A stretch of 64,000 nt of DNA from Spirochaetia bacterium (lineage in GTDB: Bacteria > Spirochaetota > Spirochaetia > CADAEX01): contig OY759746.1 of the NCBI GenBank assembly GCA_963662795.1, positions 3,584,001-3,648,000 of the forward strand. Direction: 5' to 3'. Each line of letters opens with the position of its first letter. The stretch's first letter is position 1. Under the pieces are notes generated by a model. The model saw only the letters and a program-made list of their open reading frames with translations. It ran no database searches and had not been told where the DNA came from. The position numbers and the translations under genes are program-made. Positions 1 through 9,515 of this stretch are shown here, one piece after another.

Positions 1-1
1 A

Positions 2-199
2 TCAATAATTATCATATCTTTTTTGAAAAGTTTTCTGTTTGGAGTAATTATTTCTTTTGCCGCGACCTATAACGGCTTTAAAGTTAATGGGGCTACAACA
101 GAAATTCCGCAGGCTGTTATAAAATCTGTCGGACAGGGTTTTTCACTATGTATTATTGCAGATGCTATTATTACATCACTGGGGTATCTATGGTTTTGA
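2..199 (+). CDS. mlaE: MlaE-family ABC permease, 3' end (runs off window)
   Basis: Frame 2 reads ...SFLKSFLFGVIISFAATYNGFKVNGATTEIPQAVIKSV...LWF*, a typical MlaE C-terminus; upstream of MlaF/MlaD-like genes. Confidence 0.8.
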   Translation, partial: SIIIISFLKSFLFGVIISFAATYNGFKVNGATTEIPQAVIKSVGQGFSLCIIADAIITSLGYLWF

Positions 200-220
200 T
201 ATCCATCACATGGGGTATTT

Positions 221-1021
221 ATGCCTGATATCAGATATAAAATTGAGCTTAAAAATGTGTCAATAATAAGAAATAATTCAAAAATTCTTGATGATGTTTC
301 ATTTAAGGTACCTGAAGGATTGACAACTGTAATTCTGGGACCGCTTGGGTGCGGTAAAAGCACTTTTTTAAAAACACTTGCCTCTATTTACCTGCCGGAA
401 GAGGGAAAACTGATTATAAATGATAAACCTTATAATAATATGTCTCTGGAAAAAATTATGCAGTTCAGAAGGGATACAGGTTTTGTCTTTCAGGACAGCG
501 CACTATGGTCAAACAAATCGCTGTATCAGAACCTCGAACTTCCTCTAATATACCATTATCCTGATTTGACAGCTGATGATGTCAGAAAAAAAATTCAAGG
601 AATACTTGATTCTCTTGGATTTGATGATGATATGAATAAAAGACCTTCGGATATTTCAGCAGGAAACCGTAAACTGATTTCATTTGCCCGTGCTTTTGTA
701 ACTGACCCTGCTATACTGATGATTGACGGGCCGGAATCATCTCTGGATTTTTCATCACTTGAAAAGATCAGATCAATAATCAAGGATCTCAAGGAAAAAG
801 GTAAAGCACTTCTGATCTGCACATATGATGAGACAATTACTTCCATGCTTGCTGATTATCTGGTTATTCTTTATAAAAACCGCATATATACACACGGCCC
901 CTACAGGGATATTATCAAGTCAAGCGATCCTGTAATAAAGAAAATATTATCACATGTACTGGATAAAATTTCAAATTTTGATGATGAAATACTGGATTTA
1001 ATAAATCCTGATTTTTCGTGA
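221..1021 (+). CDS. mlaF: MlaF-like ABC transporter ATP-binding protein (degenerate Walker B and H-loop)
   Basis: Walker A GPLGCGKST, Q-loop GFVFQDSAL, signature ISAGNRK; context between mlaE and MCE gene. Confidence 0.8.
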   Translation: MPDIRYKIELKNVSIIRNNSKILDDVSFKVPEGLTTVILGPLGCGKSTFLKTLASIYLPEEGKLIINDKPYNNMSLEKIMQFRRDTGFVFQDSALWSNKSLYQNLELPLIYHYPDLTADDVRKKIQGILDSLGFDDDMNKRPSDISAGNRKLISFARAFVTDPAILMIDGPESSLDFSSLEKIRSIIKDLKEKGKALLICTYDETITSMLADYLVILYKNRIYTHGPYRDIIKSSDPVIKKILSHVLDKISNFDDEILDLINPDFS

Positions 1022-1051
1022 TTGACAATAAAATTTCAAGAAGGATAGAAT
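1022..1051 (+). promoter_or_regulatory. Putative sigma70 promoter for MCE gene
   Basis: TTGACA-N18-TAGAAT, 8 nt upstream of ATG 1060. Confidence 0.4.
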
Positions 1052-1059
1052 AAAAGTAT

Positions 1060-2115
1060 ATGAAATTTAAAATTAAATATGCGGATCAGATTGTAGGAGT
1101 ATTTGTTATTCTTGCATTTGTTTCTATATCGGTCCTCCTGATATTTATGGGCGCAAATCAGAGATGGTTCTCAAAAACCTATTATTTCAATACAAGATTT
1201 TTATCGGCAGACGGCCTGAAAGTCGGAATGGCTATCAAGCTGAAAGGTTTTCAGATAGGACAGATAGATAAAATAAGTCTCAGCAACAAGAACGAAGTTG
1301 AAGCTGTTTTTTATATTTACAGTGAATATATCGATAAAATACTGCCAAATACAATAATTCAGAAAACTACAAATCCTGTAGGTATCGGCAGTGATCTTCT
1401 TATTCACCCGGGCAAAGGGGCTGGAGACCCGCTTCCAGAAAACAGTTTTATTCCATCTTATAACCTTCCCGAAGCAAGAGAGCTGATTAATTCCGGTGCT
1501 GTTGATATTCCGCAGGGGGACAGTACGGTAACAAGAATAATCAATCAGATCGATCCCCTGCTGTTCAAGATAAACCTTCTGCTTGATACAATTACAGAAC
1601 TCTCTTCAACAGTCAACAAAACCATTAAGGGCGAAGATAAGGGACCGGCAGGAAAAATTGTAAAAAATGTTGAAGGAATTACATTTGAGCTGGATAAGAT
1701 ACTTGAAGAAACTTCAAAACAGATTGCAGACCTTCTGGCTAATCTGAAAAACATGTCAGGTAATTTCAGCCTCATGTCAGATCATCTGGCAGATCCCACC
1801 GGTATTATTCCCAAGCTTATGGGGCCTGACGGATCTGTGGCAGCCATTCTGAATGACGACAGACAGCTTTATTATCAGCTTACATCAATTCTTGAAAATC
1901 TTGACAGGACAATGATTGAACTTAATAATTTTACCGCCTACCTTAATCAGTCAACACCACAGATTACAGGTATTCTTGAAGAAAGCAGGGGGGCTCTTAA
2001 GGAGGGGACTGCAGTTCTTGAAGGCCTTAAAAACAATCCCCTTTTGAGAAAAGGGATAACACAGCAGCGGGTACAGGCTGATACGCTGCAAAGTACAAGG
2101 GAAGAGGATTTCTGA
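1060..2115 (+). CDS. mlaD: MlaD/MCE family protein
   Basis: N-terminal TM, MCE motif F.SADGLKVGMAIKLKGFQIGQI, long helical C-terminus ending NNPLL. Confidence 0.85.
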   Translation: MKFKIKYADQIVGVFVILAFVSISVLLIFMGANQRWFSKTYYFNTRFLSADGLKVGMAIKLKGFQIGQIDKISLSNKNEVEAVFYIYSEYIDKILPNTIIQKTTNPVGIGSDLLIHPGKGAGDPLPENSFIPSYNLPEARELINSGAVDIPQGDSTVTRIINQIDPLLFKINLLLDTITELSSTVNKTIKGEDKGPAGKIVKNVEGITFELDKILEETSKQIADLLANLKNMSGNFSLMSDHLADPTGIIPKLMGPDGSVAAILNDDRQLYYQLTSILENLDRTMIELNNFTAYLNQSTPQITGILEESRGALKEGTAVLEGLKNNPLLRKGITQQRVQADTLQSTREEDF

Positions 2116-3068
2116 TGAAAAGTAAACATATTTACATTTCCCTGCTCTGTTCATTCTGTATTTCATTTTTTCTCTCATGTTCATCAGCACCGGCAAAGCC
2201 TGATGCCGTAACTTCAAGAAAAAACAGGGCTGCCGATATTACAGGATTCGGCAATAATTATTTCATACAGGGACAGTACAATCAGGCTCTTGTGTTCTTT
2301 AACCTCGCACTTGATGAAAATACAGCTGTGGATTATGAACCCGGGATATCACGGACAAGCAATTCCATAGGGAAAGTATATCTTGTTACCGGGGAATATG
2401 ACAAAGCGGAACAATACCTTAATGAAGCATATGAAATTGCAAAGAAACTTGAAAACAGGGAACTGACAGCAATTTCCGCACGGAATATGGCAGAACTTTA
2501 CATTGAACAGGGGAAAACTGAGGAATCAGATGCTCTGCTGAATGAAGCACTTTCAAATTCAGAATCATATCCTTTGATAAAAGCGGAAGTCTATCATACT
2601 GTCGCGATATCGATGAGAAAAAAAGGCAATTTCAGTGAAGCAATTTCATATATTGACAGGGCTTCTGAAATCAACCTCAGGGAAAAAGCACACTCCAGTC
2701 TTGCTGCCAACTATTATCTTGCAGCCTCTGTTTATTCAAGACAGAACAATTTCAGCAAATCTGTTGAAATGCTTAAAAAAGCCGTTGATGAAGACAGAAT
2801 AGTAGAAAACAGCTATGGACTCGCAAAAGACTACAAAGCGTTGGGCATTGTACACCTTAAAAACAACAAACCTGAAGAAGCATACCCTTTTTTCATTAAA
2901 TCAATCAAAATTTTTGACATAACAGATAATAAATCAGAGATAAAAAGCGTACTCGAATATCTGATTGAAATTTCAACACTTCTTGACCGCCCTCTCGACT
3001 CCGCTTATTTCAACGAAAGGCTGACTGAAATAACAGATAAAAAAGATACTTACAAGGCAGCAAGATGA
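2115..3068 (+). CDS. TPR-repeat lipoprotein
   Basis: Lipobox-like FLSC; repeated TPR consensus (NSIGKVY..GEYDKAEQYL..A). Confidence 0.8.
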   Translation: MKSKHIYISLLCSFCISFFLSCSSAPAKPDAVTSRKNRAADITGFGNNYFIQGQYNQALVFFNLALDENTAVDYEPGISRTSNSIGKVYLVTGEYDKAEQYLNEAYEIAKKLENRELTAISARNMAELYIEQGKTEESDALLNEALSNSESYPLIKAEVYHTVAISMRKKGNFSEAISYIDRASEINLREKAHSSLAANYYLAASVYSRQNNFSKSVEMLKKAVDEDRIVENSYGLAKDYKALGIVHLKNNKPEEAYPFFIKSIKIFDITDNKSEIKSVLEYLIEISTLLDRPLDSAYFNERLTEITDKKDTYKAAR

Positions 3069-3457
3069 AAACAAGAAAAATAACAGATGCATATAAGGAA
3101 ATATTATATATACTTTTTTTTATTTTTCTTTCAGCAGGAATAATAACAGCCTCGTCATTTGCAATAGTTACGCCTCTCTGGATAGTTGCAACACGCTTCA
3201 AGGGAGCCTTTACGATCCTTTTATTTACAGGAGCTGCAGGCTATATTGTTTATAATGCAGTCACAGGAATAAGAAAAAAAAGATTTTTATTAAAATCTTT
3301 CGGAATTTTCATTACAAAATTATTACTCCTGATATCCGCAGCCGTACTTCTTTTATCTTCAATACTACTCCTTGAAAACGGAATTTATCTCCAGGGATTT
3401 CTGATTATCGGAACACTTTTTTTAATTTCCGGCTTATTCAGATTTTTTAATATTTAA
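3065..3457 (+). CDS. Small integral membrane protein, unknown function
   Basis: About 4 hydrophobic helices; ATGA overlap with upstream gene. Confidence 0.7.
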   Translation: MKTRKITDAYKEILYILFFIFLSAGIITASSFAIVTPLWIVATRFKGAFTILLFTGAAGYIVYNAVTGIRKKRFLLKSFGIFITKLLLLISAAVLLLSSILLLENGIYLQGFLIIGTLFLISGLFRFFNI

Positions 3458-3458
3458 A

Positions 3459-4355
3459 ATGTTTTCTTCCAGATTTTATATAATAGTTTTAGTATTATTT
3501 ATAACACCATTTTCTGCATATTCCGAATACCCGTTAATTATTAATCTTGGCAGCGATGATTATATTTTCAGACAAATAACTTCCGACATTACAACATCCT
3601 ATGTTTTAAATTCTTCAGGCACAGGAGAGGTCCCTCTTGCTTTATACAGCTACAAACCGGAAAGTAATGAAAATCTATTCATGATCGCTTCCCGCCTGAA
3701 TCTGCCGTATGAAGCTATCACCACTTTAAACAGAATTTCTTCTGTAAGTGAATTCACAAATAAAAAAGAAATATTAATACCAAATCAGCCTGTTTTATTT
3801 GTACCTGAAAAGCCGTCTGGCGATGTAGAATATCTTCTTTCAGCCAGAGTGTATGACCGTTCAAATGAAATTCTTGTAAACTACAGAGAAAAAAAAGAAA
3901 AATTCACATACATTGTTGACGGAAGATTCAACAATACGGAAAGGGCATTTTTTCTTGATGCTTTTTTCCGTTTTCCGCTGGATAAAGGGAGAATTACATC
4001 ATATTACGGGATGAGATTGTCCCCGATTACAGGAGAACCGTCTTTTCATTCCGGAATTGACATTGCCGCCCCCGGAGGTACACCGGTTATTGCAGCCGGA
4101 AAGGGAATTGTGACTGCATCAGGCTTTGACAAAGTACTTGGCAATTATATTATTATCAAACATCCCGGTACTTACCAAAGTGTATATGGACACTTGAAAA
4201 AATCTTTTGTAAAATCAGGCAGTTCTGTTAATGCAGGCACAATTATCGGAGAAGTCGGCAATACGGGATATTCAACAGGACCTCACCTTCATTTTGAAGT
4301 AAGGGGCAGAGATAAAGCTGAAGATCCGCTTATACTTATTAATAGGAAAAAGTAA
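3459..4355 (+). CDS. LysM/M23 family metallopeptidase
   Basis: HSGID (HxxxD), YGHL and GPHLHFE motifs; LysM-like segment upstream. Confidence 0.9.
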   Translation: MFSSRFYIIVLVLFITPFSAYSEYPLIINLGSDDYIFRQITSDITTSYVLNSSGTGEVPLALYSYKPESNENLFMIASRLNLPYEAITTLNRISSVSEFTNKKEILIPNQPVLFVPEKPSGDVEYLLSARVYDRSNEILVNYREKKEKFTYIVDGRFNNTERAFFLDAFFRFPLDKGRITSYYGMRLSPITGEPSFHSGIDIAAPGGTPVIAAGKGIVTASGFDKVLGNYIIIKHPGTYQSVYGHLKKSFVKSGSSVNAGTIIGEVGNTGYSTGPHLHFEVRGRDKAEDPLILINRKK

Positions 4356-4359
4356 TAAT

Positions 4360-5346
4360 ATGAGAATTAATACTTTATTTTTAACACTTTTACTATTGTT
4401 ATCCAGTCAGGTCTTTTCTGAGAATATCCGCGGGCCAGTCAGGAATATTACAGTAATTAATCAGGAATTGTCGAAAACTGATGAAATCAGCATATCTCCT
4501 GAAGATATTATTGCCTTCCAGCTTGATAATAACAACAGCCTGCCTGTAAAAATACAGATGGAAATAAGGCTCTCTGAAACACTCAGGGAATATCCCAGTA
4601 CTTTTGCACTTTTTGTATATAACAATATTTCCCCCGCACCTTCAAATGAAGTATCAAGCTATATTGGAAATACAGTAAAATATTTCGTATTGCCTGATAA
4701 AAGCAGATTTTATGTTGAATTCTATTTTACAGCAAACCCATCCAGAAATGAAATAATACCTGGAACTCAAATACTGGCCCCTGATGATTTTAAAAAATCT
4801 TTTTTCCCGCTATTACTGACAGTCCTGCCCGTAATGAAAGGTATTCCTGATATGCTTCTTGATGAAACTATCAAAATTAAAACAGTTTTTTTCTATCCTG
4901 ATAAAGGAGATCTTCTTGTAAGTGTTTTTGAAGGCAAAAAAAACGGATCTGAAAAAACAAAAGATTTCAACTTATTTATTGATAATAAATCCTATGATAA
5001 TGCTGAATATATCAGTCTTTCTACAGGTGTTAAAAAAATACGGATAGAAAAAGAAGGATATATCCCTTTTGAGCAATCAGTTGTAATCAACAGAAATGAA
5101 AAAAGTACATTTTCAGCTGTTCTGGTTAAGAAAATGCCTCATATTGTAATTCTTGCCCCTACTGAGGCAGAAGTTTTTATTGACGGTAATTTGACATCAC
5201 AAAAAGAACTTACCAATCTTAATGAAGGAGAACATACAATTATTTTCAAGCTGGGACAATACAGCCTCAGCAGGAAAATGACCCTGGAAAACGGTAAAAA
5301 ATATACCGTAAATTTATTGCTCGATATTGATGTCGCTGTAGAATAA
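4360..5346 (+). CDS. Exported PEGA-domain protein
   Basis: Signal peptide; PEGA-like repeats (IRIEKEGYIPF; APTEAEVFIDG..L.EGEHTI). Confidence 0.7.
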   Translation: MRINTLFLTLLLLLSSQVFSENIRGPVRNITVINQELSKTDEISISPEDIIAFQLDNNNSLPVKIQMEIRLSETLREYPSTFALFVYNNISPAPSNEVSSYIGNTVKYFVLPDKSRFYVEFYFTANPSRNEIIPGTQILAPDDFKKSFFPLLLTVLPVMKGIPDMLLDETIKIKTVFFYPDKGDLLVSVFEGKKNGSEKTKDFNLFIDNKSYDNAEYISLSTGVKKIRIEKEGYIPFEQSVVINRNEKSTFSAVLVKKMPHIVILAPTEAEVFIDGNLTSQKELTNLNEGEHTIIFKLGQYSLSRKMTLENGKKYTVNLLLDIDVAVE

Positions 5347-5352
5347 AAAGTA

Positions 5353-5379
5353 TTAAGCTTATATTCATCAGGCCGATAA
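5353..5379 (+). promoter_or_regulatory. Sigma28 (FliA/SigD)-type promoter
   Basis: TTAAGCTT-N11-GCCGATAA; -10 matches the consensus exactly, -35 is 6/8 to TAAAGTTT. Confidence 0.65.
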
Positions 5380-5385
5380 TAAAAG

Positions 5386-5477
5386 TGTCGTGATAATATA
5401 GTTCCCCTCCCAGTTAACTATATTATACTCGATACCTCGAGGTAGACCGGTTCTTTTACAGGGCCGGTCTGTTTTTT
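5386..5477 (+). ncRNA. Candidate ~90-nt small RNA with C-rich (anti-SD-like) loop
   Basis: Lies between sigma28 promoter and intrinsic terminator; 11-bp stem ATAATATAGTT/AACTATATTAT with loop CCCCTCCCAGTT; no ORF. Confidence 0.5.
5444..5477 (+). terminator. Intrinsic terminator
   Basis: AGACCGGTTC/GGGCCGGTCT stem (2 G-U) followed by GTTTTTT. Confidence 0.75.
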
Positions 5478-5480
5478 ATC

Positions 5481-5509
5481 TTGACAAAGGGCCCCTCTGT
5501 TTTTAACCT
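5481..5509 (+). promoter_or_regulatory. Sigma70 promoter for PBP1A (likely leaderless transcript)
   Basis: TTGACA-N17-TAACCT; ATG at 5516 follows 6 nt later. Confidence 0.55.
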
Positions 5510-5515
5510 ATGTGC

Positions 5516-8047
5516 ATGTTATTCACTAAAAAACAAAAATTACTTCTTCAGATATTTGTCGGTTTAATCACTTTGTTAACCCTGTTATCAGGTATAACGT
5601 TTGGAGTAATATTTGCCCTTACGCGTAATATTTCCGAGTCCAATTCGATCGGGGAATATCACCCTTCGCTTCCATCCCAGATACTTGATATACACGGAAA
5701 TCTTATAACAGAATTTTTTTCTGATGAGAAAAGGGAGATCATCCCCATAGATGAACTTCCAAGACACCTGATTCAGGCTCTTATTACAAGGGAAGACAGA
5801 GATTTTTTTCAGCATAACGGATTCAGCCTTAAAGGGATAATCCGGGCAGCATGGAAAATAATGACACGCCAATATGTATCAGGAGGCAGCACTATAACGC
5901 AGCAGGTAGCAGGAAAACATTATGCTGACCGTTCGCAGAAAACCATAAAAAGAAAAATAATTGAATTATGGTGGGCACTTCAGCTTGAAAAGACCCTGAG
6001 CAAGTACGAGATTCTTGAATTATACCTTAATGAATCATATTTCGGTCATAACACATACGGAGTAGAAGCTGCATCGCAGTTTTACTTCCGCCATTCTGCA
6101 AGAGACCTTACAATAGCTGAATCTGCAATTCTGGTTATACAGCTTGCCAATCCGGCACGTTATTCCCCGATAAAATACCCGGCAAGAGCGCGTGTTATCC
6201 AGAAAGAAGTCATTAATCAGATGGTTGACCTGAATTACATAACACGCGAGGAGGCTGAGTTTTCTTTTAATGAATACTGGAATAAAACCTATGATCCGCT
6301 CCGTTCTTCTTCCGAAACTGCCTACCTTGTAAAGGATGATAAAGCTCCCTACTTCAGTGAATATATAAGGCAGGAACTGGAAGATATTTTATACGGGTCT
6401 CTTGATTATTTCAGAGACGGACTAGTAGTACATACAACACTGGATCTTAAATATCAGCAGAAAGCAGATAAATACATGCAGGATGGTTTTATTTCAATGA
6501 ATAAAACATATCTTGAAAACGCCGGAACCCGTACAAATTTTGCAGATAAGGAATTTTTACCAATAATTGAAGCACTTGCCTTATTTTTTGATCTTGACAG
6601 TATAAGATCAGCCGGTTCACAGGATAAAAAACTTGCTTATGATAATTATTATGATGTAGTTAACCCTGCCCTTAATGCATTCTCATTTCTTTTTGATTCT
6701 TCGGATTTAAGATTTATTGCCAGAATGGGACAGGCAAATCAGGCAGGAAAAATAAAACGGAACACTGTTGAAGGTGCTCTTATTTCCATAGATAACGAAA
6801 CCGGCTATATAAAGGCAATGGTAGGAGGAAGCGATTTCGAAACCAAAAAACTGAACAGGGCTGTACAGGCAAAGGTTATGCCTGGTTCTGCGTTCAAGCC
6901 ATTGTATTATTCTGCTGCAATATCATCAAAACTGCTTACCCCTTCCTCAATGCTTTATGACAAACCTGTAATGTTCCGAAATGATGACGGTACACCCTAT
7001 GCACCTAATAATTTTCTTGGAGAATGGAAAGGGCCTGTTTCAGTCAGGTATGCACTTGCAAACTCCATGAATATTCCCTCAATTCAGGTGCTTGATTTTA
7101 TAGGATTTGACGCAGCAATCAACAGGGCGGCACGCCTTTTGGGAATAAAAGATCCTGATGATATTGCAAATACATTTCCAAGGAAATACCCTCTGGCGTT
7201 AGGCATTATAGGGGTAGCGCCCATTCAGATGGCTAAAGCATTTGCCACATTTCCAAATCAGGGCAAAGAAGTTACACCGATTGGAATCCGCTATATTGAA
7301 GACAGAAGCGGAAAAATAATTCTTGAGCCGGAAAGGGAATTAAGGGCAAATCAAAAACGCGAAGGCGAACGGATACAGATTATGAGCCAGCAGGCTGCCT
7401 ATATTATGGTTGACATGCTGAAAAGCACTGTAGAATACGGAACACTTGCCAACAGAAGGAGGCTTGTTAACGGTTTTCCAATGGCTTTTGGAGGGAAAAC
7501 CGGCACAACTCAAAACTGGTCCGATGCGTGGACAGTCGGGTTTTCACCTTATATGACTACAGCAATATGGTTCGGTTTTGATATGCCTGGAAACTCTCTG
7601 GGTCTGAATCAGACTGGTGCTCAGGCGGCTGGGCCTGTCTGGGCAAGATATATGAAAGATGTTCATGAAAACAATCCCGAAATGCCGCCAGTGGAGTTTA
7701 AAAAACCTGGCGGCCTTGTAGAACTTTCTGTATGTTCTGTATCAGGGATGCTGCCGACAGAATACTGTAATGAAGGAACAAAATCAGAAATATTCATTGC
7801 CGGAACTGAACCAAGAAAATTTTGTACACTGCATCAGTTTAAATCTGACAGAAATGAAGAACTTATCAAAAAAATGCAGAACAATTTTTACACAGGATCT
7901 GTTGATCTTGAAAATCTGGAAAAAGAAATACTTAATTTACAGGATTATGAGACACTGAAGTCAATGTCGGAAATGGACAATAAACCATCCGGGGTAGAGA
8001 CTAACTCTGATAATTCAGGTAATATAAGTACGGATTTGCTTGATTGA
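5516..8047 (+). CDS. Class A penicillin-binding protein (PBP1A family)
   Basis: Transglycosylase motifs EDRDF, GGSTITQQ, RKIIE; transpeptidase SAFK, SMN, KTG; start could be 5510 or 5516. Confidence 0.93.
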   Translation: MLFTKKQKLLLQIFVGLITLLTLLSGITFGVIFALTRNISESNSIGEYHPSLPSQILDIHGNLITEFFSDEKREIIPIDELPRHLIQALITREDRDFFQHNGFSLKGIIRAAWKIMTRQYVSGGSTITQQVAGKHYADRSQKTIKRKIIELWWALQLEKTLSKYEILELYLNESYFGHNTYGVEAASQFYFRHSARDLTIAESAILVIQLANPARYSPIKYPARARVIQKEVINQMVDLNYITREEAEFSFNEYWNKTYDPLRSSSETAYLVKDDKAPYFSEYIRQELEDILYGSLDYFRDGLVVHTTLDLKYQQKADKYMQDGFISMNKTYLENAGTRTNFADKEFLPIIEALALFFDLDSIRSAGSQDKKLAYDNYYDVVNPALNAFSFLFDSSDLRFIARMGQANQAGKIKRNTVEGALISIDNETGYIKAMVGGSDFETKKLNRAVQAKVMPGSAFKPLYYSAAISSKLLTPSSMLYDKPVMFRNDDGTPYAPNNFLGEWKGPVSVRYALANSMNIPSIQVLDFIGFDAAINRAARLLGIKDPDDIANTFPRKYPLALGIIGVAPIQMAKAFATFPNQGKEVTPIGIRYIEDRSGKIILEPERELRANQKREGERIQIMSQQAAYIMVDMLKSTVEYGTLANRRRLVNGFPMAFGGKTGTTQNWSDAWTVGFSPYMTTAIWFGFDMPGNSLGLNQTGAQAAGPVWARYMKDVHENNPEMPPVEFKKPGGLVELSVCSVSGMLPTEYCNEGTKSEIFIAGTEPRKFCTLHQFKSDRNEELIKKMQNNFYTGSVDLENLEKEILNLQDYETLKSMSEMDNKPSGVETNSDNSGNISTDLLD

Positions 8048-8066
8048 TGATACAGGGTGGCTGTTT

Positions 8067-8486
8067 ATGGAAGTAAAAATTGAAGATATCATCCTGAAAA
8101 AAAGGATTAGAAAAAACCTTGGAGACCTTCAGCCGCTTATGGACAGCATGGGTAAATTCGGCCAGTTGAACTCCATTGTGCTGAATTCCAAAATGCACCT
8201 TATAGCTGGACAGAGAAGATATGAATCAGCGAAGCGCCTGGGCTGGAAATATATAAATGCTGTTATTATTGAAGTCAACAGCAAAGCAGATCTTCTTGAA
8301 ATGGAAATCGAAGAAAACATACAAAGAAAAGATTTTACTGCGGATGAAATTTCAGATGCTTACAAAAAACTTTCAAGGCTGAAAAGCAAAAATATATTCA
8401 GACGCATCATGGGATTTTTATCCGATCTTATCAGTAAATTATTTTTTAAACTCAAGAAAAAAAGACAAAATAAAAAATTCAAATAA
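8067..8486 (+). CDS. Short ParB/Srx N-terminal domain protein
   Basis: LIAGQRRYESAK (GxRR) and EIEENIQRKD motifs; start MEVKI preferred over 8040. Confidence 0.8.
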   Translation: MEVKIEDIILKKRIRKNLGDLQPLMDSMGKFGQLNSIVLNSKMHLIAGQRRYESAKRLGWKYINAVIIEVNSKADLLEMEIEENIQRKDFTADEISDAYKKLSRLKSKNIFRRIMGFLSDLISKLFFKLKKKRQNKKFK

Positions 8487-8502
8487 ACTTACTGGCAAGG
8501 TT

Positions 8503-9495
8503 TTAACGGTATTTTTTAAAATCATCAATAATTGACATCTTTTTAAGCTTAAGAAGCGCTTTTTCCTGGATCTGTCTTACTCTTTCCCTTGTTATCCCCA
8601 GTATCTCTCCTGTTTCCTGGAGAGTGTGAGGGCCGTCACCTTCAAAACCGTATCTGAGCATTATAATCATTTTTTCTCTGTCAGAAAGCTGTTCAAGTAT
8701 TTTGACCATTGTTTCATGAAGCATTTTTTGAAAAACTGTTTCGAGAGGGCTTAGGGTCTTTTCATCCCTCAGAAAATCTCCCAGTTTTGTTGTACTGCCG
8801 TCATCAATTATTGTATCAAGTGAAGATGTCTCATTGGAATACTGCATGACTTCCTCAACCCTTTCAGGAGTCATATTTACGTATTTGCTGATTTCATGAT
8901 AATCAGGTTCTTTTCCATTTTCTTTTGTAAGCTGTTTTGCAACAAGATAGCATTTTTTTATTGTATTCAGCATATGTATGGGTAGTCTTATTGTCCGTCC
9001 TTTATTTGCAAGAGCTTTAATTATTGCCTGTTTTATCCACCATGTTCCATATGTTGAAAACCTGCAGCCCCGTGTATAATCGAATCGCTCCACAGCTTCA
9101 ATAAGGCCTATATTTCCTTCATCTATCAGATCAAGAAGAGTAAGGCCCCTGTACTGGTATTTCTTGGCAATAGAGACAACAAGTCGCAGATTAGCTCTGA
9201 TCATTCTGGACTTGGAATGATTAAGCTTTTCTTTTGTTTTGAGAATCAGATTATTGTCATCCGGGGTTTTGCTGTATATCTCTTCAAGGGCATTTTTATA
9301 ATTTACAATTTCCTTGCCAAGTTCATATTCTTCGGAAATTGTGAGGAGTTTGATTTTTGAAATTTGTTTCAGATAAAGAAGTAACGGATCCGGGTTTTTA
9401 GTTCTCTCTTTTTTTATGTTATTAAACTTCCCGCTGCCGTTATTATTGTCATTTTCATTATTGAGTATATTTTTCCCGGCTTCTATTTTTTTCAT
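8503..9495 (-). CDS. Group 2-like sigma70 factor (RpoS-like)
   Basis: Regions 1.2 (DPLLLYLKQI), 2 (ANLRLVVSIAKKY, RFSTYGTWWIKQ), 4 (ITRERVRQIQ); no region 1.1. Confidence 0.88.
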   Translation of the reverse strand: MKKIEAGKNILNNENDNNNGSGKFNNIKKERTKNPDPLLLYLKQISKIKLLTISEEYELGKEIVNYKNALEEIYSKTPDDNNLILKTKEKLNHSKSRMIRANLRLVVSIAKKYQYRGLTLLDLIDEGNIGLIEAVERFDYTRGCRFSTYGTWWIKQAIIKALANKGRTIRLPIHMLNTIKKCYLVAKQLTKENGKEPDYHEISKYVNMTPERVEEVMQYSNETSSLDTIIDDGSTTKLGDFLRDEKTLSPLETVFQKMLHETMVKILEQLSDREKMIIMLRYGFEGDGPHTLQETGEILGITRERVRQIQEKALLKLKKMSIIDDFKKYR

Positions 9496-9515
9496 TTATT
9501 GTACCTGTAAAAAAA

